Assembly: GCA_963775805.1 (NCBI GenBank)
Contig: CAVZKG010000001.1
Coordinates: 767,989 to 831,988, forward strand
DNA from: an uncultured Verrucomicrobiae bacterium
GTDB lineage: Bacteria > Verrucomicrobiota > Verrucomicrobiia > Chthoniobacterales > JAFAMB01
Length of the DNA stretch: 64,000 bases
Direction: 5' to 3'
Below, one piece after another: positions 57,750-64,000 of this stretch (its first letter is position 1; every line of letters starts with the position of its first letter). A model generated the notes under the pieces. It had not been told where the DNA came from. It saw only the letters and a list, made by a program, of their open reading frames with translations, and made no database searches. Made by a program: the position numbers and the translations under genes.

Positions 57750-58862
57750 TTACCAGTGCGTAACCGTTTGCCTGTCACCGGCAGATGCCGCGTTCGAAAT
57801 TAGATCGATCAACCGGTGCATCCTGACGGCGTCGGCAAAGGTCGGCGCGTCGTACGCTCCTTTATCGCCGCCTTTGGCGAAGGCTGCATAAAGATGCGCG
57901 AGATCCAGTACACTGGCGTCGAGCTTTGACCCGGGCAGGCCTTGATAGCTGTCTGGTATAGGCAGGGTGTTGAGCGGTGCATTGTCGCCTTGAGAACCTT
58001 CGATCTTGTTATCGTCCGGATTGGCGAAGGATAGCGGATTAGAGATTTTCAAATCGCCTTTCATACCCGTGATGTCGATTTGGAGCCCAGAGTTATTTCG
58101 TTTCCCGCCTTCGATCTGAAAGGTGAACACGCCGCCATTGGCCAAGGTTCCAATCACCAGGACCTGGTCCGGAGTTGTGTTTGGCAATGTCTCGCCGTTA
58201 TCGGTGATAGTAATCGTTGGAAATTGATTCACAACGACCGCTGAGACAGTCTGGGGCGCTCCTACGGCATGGAATAGCATGTCCATGAAATGGCCGCCAT
58301 AGATGGAGAGAATATGCGAGAAATTCTCCGCTGGCACGGTCCAGGCGAGGTCTCGCGGACGGTGCGCCTGGAAATAGTTCATACTCACATGCATTCGAAC
58401 GGAGCGAATCTGTCCAACATAACCTTCTGCCAGTAAATCGCGGAGGTAGCGCGCGCTCGGGCCCATCCGGCGTTGCAGTCCCACGGCATGTCGGAGGCCG
58501 GCTTTCTCGGCGCGCTTGAGAAGGTCTTCGGTATCCGCGACAGTCGTGGTCAGCGGCCACTCGCAATAGACGTCTTTGCCCGCCGCGATGGCGGCGCGGA
58601 CAAACACTGCATGCTGCGGCGCCGGAGGCAGGACGACTACTAGGTTTACGTTGGGATGGCCGATCAGGTCGGCCGGTTCTGTGAACAGATGGGGAATGCC
58701 AAACTCGTTTGCCAACTGTTTCCCATATTCCTCGCGGCGGGTGGAGACGGCCACAATCTCATAGTTCGGGAGGAGCCGGAGCACAGGAATGTGACCATAA
58801 CGGCCCCAGTTCCCGACGCCGACGATTCCAACCCCAATCTTTCTGCTGCTGGGCGTATTCAT
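57750..58862 (-). CDS. Gfo/Idh/MocA family oxidoreductase
   Basis: IGVGIVGVGNWGRYGHIPVL Rossmann N-domain and an EWPL motif. Confidence 0.85.
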   Translation of the reverse strand: MNTPSSRKIGVGIVGVGNWGRYGHIPVLRLLPNYEIVAVSTRREEYGKQLANEFGIPHLFTEPADLIGHPNVNLVVVLPPAPQHAVFVRAAIAAGKDVYCEWPLTTTVADTEDLLKRAEKAGLRHAVGLQRRMGPSARYLRDLLAEGYVGQIRSVRMHVSMNYFQAHRPRDLAWTVPAENFSHILSIYGGHFMDMLFHAVGAPQTVSAVVVNQFPTITITDNGETLPNTTPDQVLVIGTLANGGVFTFQIEGGKRNNSGLQIDITGMKGDLKISNPLSFANPDDNKIEGSQGDNAPLNTLPIPDSYQGLPGSKLDASVLDLAHLYAAFAKGGDKGAYDAPTFADAVRMHRLIDLISNAASAGDRQTVTHW

Positions 58863-58960
58863 GATTAGTCGATTAGTAACGAAATTTATTTGCGTGCTTC
58901 CTCATGACATCGCCCGTACCGGGAGAGTCTACTATTTACCTGTATCCGAGCCGGGGGAGC

Positions 58961-59347
58961 CTACGATTTCGATACGGCAACACCACTACCGAGAGACCAA
59001 TCTTCCAAACCTGCGGTCATGGAGAGGCGGACGAAGACATCGTCACGCGCAATTCCCGGCGAGGCAGCAAGTTTGTCTGAAAGACGCGCCAGGAAGGCCT
59101 CCTTTTCGCCCCGACGCCGCGCGTCTGACTCGACGTTAATGATCACGAAATCTCCCGAGCGAGACCCTTTGATCCCGAAGTGACGATCGTAGATCAGATC
59201 GCCCGGCTCAAGTTGCTCTATGATCTGGAACACTTCGTTCTCCGTCATTTGATAAGCCTCGACGAGCGCCTCGTATATGCTGTCTGACATCTTCTTGATA
59301 TAGTCGGGCGACTTGCCCTTAATCATCGTAACACGAACCAGTGGCAT
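58961..59347 (-). CDS. tautomerase-superfamily protein
   Basis: Starts Met-Pro (MPLVRVTMIKGKS). 128 aa, with tautomerase-like size and pattern. Confidence 0.65.
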   Translation of the reverse strand: MPLVRVTMIKGKSPDYIKKMSDSIYEALVEAYQMTENEVFQIIEQLEPGDLIYDRHFGIKGSRSGDFVIINVESDARRRGEKEAFLARLSDKLAASPGIARDDVFVRLSMTAGLEDWSLGSGVAVSKS

Positions 59348-59467
59348 GAGAATCCTCCTTATTGCTGAGTTTTACCTGTCCTCATTGAAGCAGCCATTTG
59401 GAAGATAGTCCATGAGCATAAGTCGCTATAACATTGCAATTCGTCTCAATTTTGCTAAGATACAGCC

Positions 59468-60406
59468 ATGCACGCATTGAACGGTTGGCTAAAAGCCGTT
59501 CGCGCTGACGGCTTGATCTTGGTGCGCACGCGTGTGGCAGGCCCATGGGGGTACGCGGTGGAACCTGGCGATGATGTGGTGTTCCATTTCGTAGCGGAAG
59601 GACGTGCCTTCGTACGCCGTCCTGACGCCGAAACTATGGAATTGCAGGCTGGTGAACTGGTCATGTTTCCGCGTGGCGGCGCACATGAAGTGGCGAATTC
59701 AGCGCGGGGCAAAGCCGTGCCACACGAAACGTTCATGGCTAAGCGTAATGGTGTCGTCGACCACGACCCAAACGCCGTCACGCTGATTTGCGGCCACTTC
59801 AATTTGGACCGGCACCTGGCGCTTCCCGCCCTGCGGGCGCTACCACGGGCTGTGACGCTCCGCGTCGGAATGGAAGCCGGATATTCACCGCTGAGCGACA
59901 CGTTGCGGATGCTCCGTCACGAAGTGGAGACCCCAAACTTTGGCAATGAGATCGTGGTGCGTAACCTTCTCTCGTCCTTGTTCGTTTACTTCATGCGCGA
60001 TTGGGCCGAAGCTGTTTCTCCGGCAGCAAACGACTGGTTTTCGGCTATGCGCTCGCCGTTCATAGCGCGGGCTCTCGCGCGAATGCACGAAGCACCCGAA
60101 CGCGCGTGGACACTCGAGGAACTCGCCCAGGAAGCTGGTTTGTCGCGCGCTGCATTCGCTCGCACTTTCAATGCCTCGGTGGGTGAGCCACCACATAGCT
60201 ATCTGACGCGCTGGCGCATGGGTATTGCCGCCCAGTTGCTTGAGGAAACCGATCTGCGACTCACCGAGATCGCGCCGCGTGTCGGTTATCAGTCGGAATT
60301 TTCGTTCAGCCGGGCCTTCAAGTTGGCTCGAGGCGTCTCGCCGATTCAGTACCGCCGGGCAGCGCAGAGTCCCTCATTCCATGAGACACTTTCGCCAAAA
60401 GCGTAG
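59468..60406 (+). CDS. AraC family transcriptional regulator (cupin N-domain)
   Basis: C-terminal HTH_18 (LEELAQEAGLSRAAFARTFNASVGEPPHSYLTRWRM; GYQSEFSFSRAFK). Confidence 0.85.
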   Translation: MHALNGWLKAVRADGLILVRTRVAGPWGYAVEPGDDVVFHFVAEGRAFVRRPDAETMELQAGELVMFPRGGAHEVANSARGKAVPHETFMAKRNGVVDHDPNAVTLICGHFNLDRHLALPALRALPRAVTLRVGMEAGYSPLSDTLRMLRHEVETPNFGNEIVVRNLLSSLFVYFMRDWAEAVSPAANDWFSAMRSPFIARALARMHEAPERAWTLEELAQEAGLSRAAFARTFNASVGEPPHSYLTRWRMGIAAQLLEETDLRLTEIAPRVGYQSEFSFSRAFKLARGVSPIQYRRAAQSPSFHETLSPKA

Positions 60407-60447
60407 CAGAGGCGTGACCCTGAATGCGCCTATTCTCGACCGCCATC

Positions 60448-61800
60448 TCAGAAACGTTGAGCTAGCTCGTTAGCGACAGCTACCGCATCTCGAACGAACT
60501 GCTGCGCTTGGACTGACGAAGGATCATATGCATAAATGGACTGGTCGACTACCTTCCTCGCCTTCTCTTGCAATTCGGGGATCGAGCGTATCAGTTCGCT
60601 CGGAAAGCGTGTGTCGTACTCAAGTCTCTTGAGACTGAACATGATGTCGGCTGAAGTAGGGTGAGTATTGCCGCTTTGGACATTAGCCGCTCCCAAGATA
60701 GCACTGCCCAGCTCACTCCAAGTTTCGCGAATAGCAGCTCTAGGATTCTTTTTAGCTAGTTCGATGAGTTCAGATGACCGCTGGTCCGAAACCATTGGAC
60801 CGTAAGGTGTACGTACGGAGGTGCGAGTAGGTTGGTCGTCAAGGAAAGGAGGGTTGCCAGGCTGCAGCGGTCCCAAGGGCGGGGGCTTTGGCCCGGTCCC
60901 AAGAATCGTTGTCAGCAAATCCGAATAGCCCTGTTCGTATCGGGCTGCGTCACTGAGGTCGACGTAACGCTTGCCCAGAAGCCAAGACGGAGCCGCTTCG
61001 ACCCAGGCGCCTCTGGCGAGAAGCGGAATGAACTTTCTGTGATTTTGCTTTGCTAGAACCTCGGCTGTCATGATGTCGCCTTCGTAACCCACCCCGCCAG
61101 TTCGAGCTTCCGATTTGGTTTTGTACTTAGGAGTACAGATCACGAGGACGTAATCGTTGTCGCGGATTTCGCGCTCCATGAATTCCGGTAATTGATCGCC
61201 GGGGACAGTGTGCCAGTGGTCTAGACGAACATCGATGCCATCCGTTCGAAGACGCGTCGCGAGGTCTCGTACCCATTTCTTATGCGTTTCGTCGTCCCAG
61301 GAATAAGAGATGAAGGCTGTTTTATGAAGTGGCATTGAAGAAGGGCGCAGCACGTCGGCCTGTATGGGTTCCTTTTGTAGTTCGATTATTGAGGCGCGGA
61401 GCGGGAGCAGGTTAGAGTAGAGGTGCCCAAATATGTGGTCCACTTTCTGAGCTATAGCTGGTTCCTGGCCGGGATCATAGTGAGGTGGTACGACATTACC
61501 TTTTTGGGGTTGGCATTTGATTGGTAATTCTTTGGCGAGCTTGTAAAGAGATTCCACATCCGCCCAAACCGCCTGACGAAAGGAAGCCGGCATGGTCTCG
61601 AATACCGGAGCCGATCTGTCGTCGCCAAAAATGCGCAAGAAATCCACAACTTTTTGAAGGTTGTCGCGGATAGGTGCGGTTGCATCGTACTTACCACGCT
61701 CGATATTCCTTAACTGCATTTCTGCGAGTGGCGTATCTCTGTCCGGAAATCGATCAACGACCTCACATAGATTTTTGATTGTCGATCTGGTCTCGTCCAT
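60448..61800 (-). CDS. three-domain TIR (SEFIR/TIR_2-like) protein
   Basis: Central KTAFISYSWDDETHKKWVRDLATRLRTDGIDVRLDHW...DYVLVICTPKY...GGVGYEGD (about nt 60901-61323). It also has a ~155-aa N-terminal region, a Pro-rich linker and a ~110-aa helical C-domain. The ATG lies 2 nt after the integrase-remnant stop. Confidence 0.75.
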   Translation of the reverse strand: MDETRSTIKNLCEVVDRFPDRDTPLAEMQLRNIERGKYDATAPIRDNLQKVVDFLRIFGDDRSAPVFETMPASFRQAVWADVESLYKLAKELPIKCQPQKGNVVPPHYDPGQEPAIAQKVDHIFGHLYSNLLPLRASIIELQKEPIQADVLRPSSMPLHKTAFISYSWDDETHKKWVRDLATRLRTDGIDVRLDHWHTVPGDQLPEFMEREIRDNDYVLVICTPKYKTKSEARTGGVGYEGDIMTAEVLAKQNHRKFIPLLARGAWVEAAPSWLLGKRYVDLSDAARYEQGYSDLLTTILGTGPKPPPLGPLQPGNPPFLDDQPTRTSVRTPYGPMVSDQRSSELIELAKKNPRAAIRETWSELGSAILGAANVQSGNTHPTSADIMFSLKRLEYDTRFPSELIRSIPELQEKARKVVDQSIYAYDPSSVQAQQFVRDAVAVANELAQRF

Positions 61801-61802
61801 GG

Positions 61803-62141
61803 TCAGTACCGAATCCTTTCAACATCTTCACGGAGGACGACCTGTTGCCGGCGGTCGTAAAGTTTAGTCGTTCGGCTGTCGGCGTGGTCGGCAATATTCT
61901 GCGCTCCCTCAAGCGTTCCACCTTCCTCAAGAAAGCGAGTGAGTCCGCTGGCACGGAAAGAGTGCGGCGAGTAGGTACCCACAATCCCGGCTTGCGCTAG
62001 ACGGCGTTTCAGCATTCGGGCGGCATCAATCCTGGTCATCGGTCTACTACCAAGTTCCCGGCCCAGCGAGGCAAGGCTCTACTGAAAGTCAGGTTACTCT
62101 CTAATACGGGCTACTCCGTTGGTTCCACGATGCCAAAGCAC
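61803..62141 (-). pseudogene. tyrosine integrase C-terminal remnant
   Basis: FSRALPRWAGNLVVDRMTRIDAARMLKRRLAQAGI...HSFRASGLTRFLEEGGTLEGAQNIADHADSRTTKLYDRR parallels the copy at 63566. The frame is closed by TAA at 62142-62144 and overlaps the 3' end of ORF 62101..62775. Confidence 0.75.
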
Positions 62142-62775
62142 TTAACGCTTCATTTAGTCGCTCTTTTGCCTCCTTTTTGATTTGGTCAGTGCCTTTCCAC
62201 GGTCGGGTGGGTTCATTGCGCAGCGCTGTTTCCGATTCATAAACATATATTGTGAATTGCTTAATGGCGTCCGTCGCTTCCGCGAAGGCATTGGCGTCTA
62301 CTAGCTTGCTTAATTCGTTAGCGCTATGCTCGGATTTAGGGTCAGGCTTCCCGGTTAAGATCAGGCTTTCCAAGCCATTGTTGATCTCGACTATCCATCG
62401 TGAAGCGTTTAGATAATTTTGGACGTCCGCCTTGGCTATTTCTGCACGCGCAGTGGTGGATCGAGCGTTTGCCATAGTCCAGTCGGCGGTGCATTTTGCG
62501 CTTAAAAGCGCTCCACATACCGCTGCGACAATGGTTAGCAGCGGCACAACGTAGTCTTTCCACCAATCCCTCTTTGGTCTATCGACGACGCCTTTAAGCG
62601 CGGCGACTTCGCTTTTCACGCTTCCGATATCTGTTTTTATCTCTTGCAGCCCTGCTGTTACTAGGGACGATAGCTCCGAAAGCTCCAATACTGGTACCGC
62701 CGGGATCACAGCAGGCGATACGGAAGATTCCTTCGACGGAGGGTTCCCCGACGACGGTGCAGTTGGCGTGGACAC
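62101..62775 (-). CDS. single-pass membrane hypothetical protein
   Basis: GTG start preceded by AAGGA. One TM helix (YVVPLLTIVAAVCGALLSA) sits between a coiled-coil-like N-region and a helical C-region. No family recognised. Confidence 0.55.
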   Translation of the reverse strand: MSTPTAPSSGNPPSKESSVSPAVIPAVPVLELSELSSLVTAGLQEIKTDIGSVKSEVAALKGVVDRPKRDWWKDYVVPLLTIVAAVCGALLSAKCTADWTMANARSTTARAEIAKADVQNYLNASRWIVEINNGLESLILTGKPDPKSEHSANELSKLVDANAFAEATDAIKQFTIYVYESETALRNEPTRPWKGTDQIKKEAKERLNEALSALASWNQRSSPY

Positions 62776-62785
62776 AGAAATCCTT

Positions 62786-63283
62786 TTATTGTTTGATCTG
62801 ATCCCAGGGAATCAGTTTAAAGCGAGGATCGCTAGCGGGTATGTCGCGAGGGGGACTTGCAGCAAGCGCATTTGCAATTTCAAGCCAATGGGGAACATCA
62901 TAGAAGTTTTTATTTTTTGCAGTTACCCATTCCGCTTCGGAAACGCGCGGTATTTCTTGCAGAAGCTTATTGTACGCCTCGCTGTCTGTAGTTATGTAAT
63001 GGCCATCACAACACTTCCAGCAGGTTGGACTGAGCTTTTCGGCGGGGCTGCAGCAATCTTGTTTGGTTGTAGCCCCAACAAAAATCCTGGCGACTAGGGG
63101 CGAATCGGCGCGGTAAGCCTGATTCACTATTGAAGCATCAATGGCGTACGCGTGTTGCTCTTTTTTTGCACTATCCAAAGTACCGACGAGCACTTTCGCA
63201 TCAGATTGCTGTGCGCCTGCCCTTCCTAGTGCAGAGAATGCAACACACGACAGAACTGCGATTGCCATTGAGCGCGATTTCAT
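62786..63283 (-). CDS. secreted Cys-rich hypothetical protein
   Basis: Signal peptide MKSRSMAIAVLSCVAFSALGRAGA and a CC..C..CC cluster (KQDCCSPAEKLSPTCWKCCDGHY). It lies 10 nt upstream of the next ORF. Confidence 0.55.
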   Translation of the reverse strand: MKSRSMAIAVLSCVAFSALGRAGAQQSDAKVLVGTLDSAKKEQHAYAIDASIVNQAYRADSPLVARIFVGATTKQDCCSPAEKLSPTCWKCCDGHYITTDSEAYNKLLQEIPRVSEAEWVTAKNKNFYDVPHWLEIANALAASPPRDIPASDPRFKLIPWDQIKQ

Positions 63284-63434
63284 AACGATCGGACGTGAAG
63301 ACTACCAAACCTTGAGTGCTTGCCTCCAGTTTAGAATCGTTTTATTCGCGACCCTTTCCTGTCCGCTCGTCAAATCGATGAGACACCGGACCAGCTTATG
63401 AAAACGCTCATGGTCTATCCATGACTCCTTTGCC

Positions 63435-63460
63435 CTGCCCGACCAGGGACGGTCGGGCAG
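63435..63460. other. perfect 10-bp-stem hairpin
   Basis: CTGCCCGACC-AGGGAC-GGTCGGGCAG, about 105 nt downstream of the integrase stop. No U-tract on either strand. Confidence 0.5.
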
Positions 63461-63565
63461 GCGAAAAGGCGAAGGACTGCAAGGTAAGAGCTAAAGCCGA
63501 CGCTCCAGATTGGCCCAGGATCGACGTTTCCGAGTGACCCGCTATCCTGACACACCCGGCTTTTT

Positions 63566-64000
63566 TTAGATCGCAATCCGCTCTATTTCGTCGAGTGAAA
63601 TCTCGTCCTGTCGCCGATCGTAGAGTTTGGTGGTCCGCGGTGATTCGTGGTTGGCGATTTGCTGCGCGACTTCGAGTTTGCCGCTGTTCTTCAGATACGC
63701 CGTGATGCCGGTCGCGCGGAAGGTATGATTGCCAATCCGCGTTTCGATGCCGGCCGCTTTCGCGCGCCGGCGGATGATGCGGTGCGCGTCCTGTTGGAAG
63801 AGGGGATTGGTGGTAAGCTGGCCGGTCTTACGGCGGGCGCTGCGGAAAAGATAGCCGTCGACGTCATCGGCGATGCCGGTCGCTTCGATATAATCGTGCA
63901 GACACTGATCGAGACGATGATGACAGGGAACATCGTGCTCCTTGCCGCCTTTCTCATGCAGGCGCACCCAACGGCGGCGCCCCTGGACAAAATAGTCGCC
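63566..64000 (-). CDS. tyrosine integrase, 5' part beyond the window
   Basis: The frame is open to the window edge (DYFVQGRRRWVRLHEKGGKEHDVPCHH...HTFRATGITAYLKNSGKLEVAQQIANHESPRTTKLYDRRQDEISLDEIERI). The catalytic H-x-x-R and Tyr regions are present. Confidence 0.8.
   Translation of the reverse strand, partial: GDYFVQGRRRWVRLHEKGGKEHDVPCHHRLDQCLHDYIEATGIADDVDGYLFRSARRKTGQLTTNPLFQQDAHRIIRRRAKAAGIETRIGNHTFRATGITAYLKNSGKLEVAQQIANHESPRTTKLYDRRQDEISLDEIERIAI

Overview
64-kb chromosomal window from a Gram-negative-type bacterium (Sec/Tat signal peptides, periplasmic binding proteins). The taxon cannot be fixed from the sequence alone. All family calls come from by-eye motif recognition and hand translation; no searches were run. 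Backbone genes: a LacI-linked CUT1 sugar ABC operon with a GH4 alpha-galactosidase (2.5-9.8 kb), fucP, a DUF899/HTH pair, an RRM protein, infA, several MFS/ion transporters, galM, an SGNH hydrolase, OpgC-like and EEP-like genes, a complete PaoABCD-type periplasmic molybdo-aldehyde oxidoreductase cluster plus MocA (32.8-38.3 kb), ygfZ, a cyclophilin, tRNA-Tyr, a second LacI/SBP pair, an LLM oxidoreductase, a GFA protein, a LigD-type ligase, a large Cys-type sulfatase, a Gfo/Idh/MocA oxidoreductase, a tautomerase and an AraC regulator. On top of this backbone there are at least 17 gene fragments with sharp junctions, five tyrosine-integrase copies (four clearly remnants), one IS110-family element and one RayT-like transposase remnant. 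Best candidates for undescribed biology: (i) an integrase-adjacent three-domain TIR protein (60448-61800), next to a secreted/membrane two-gene cassette that was inserted into an integrase gene (61.8-63.3 kb); (ii) a translationally coupled pair made of a His/Cys (C80/DUF4347-like) protein and a small basic ORF (44.9-45.9 kb), with a related stand-alone DUF4347-like protein at 16.1-17.0 kb; (iii) an RHH plus ImmA/IrrE-like peptidase switch beside the IS110 element (54.3-57.4 kb); (iv) an orphan wall-lytic-like C-terminal domain plus a coupled secreted protein next to an integrase tail (10.7-11.7 kb). No CRISPR array or rRNA was seen.
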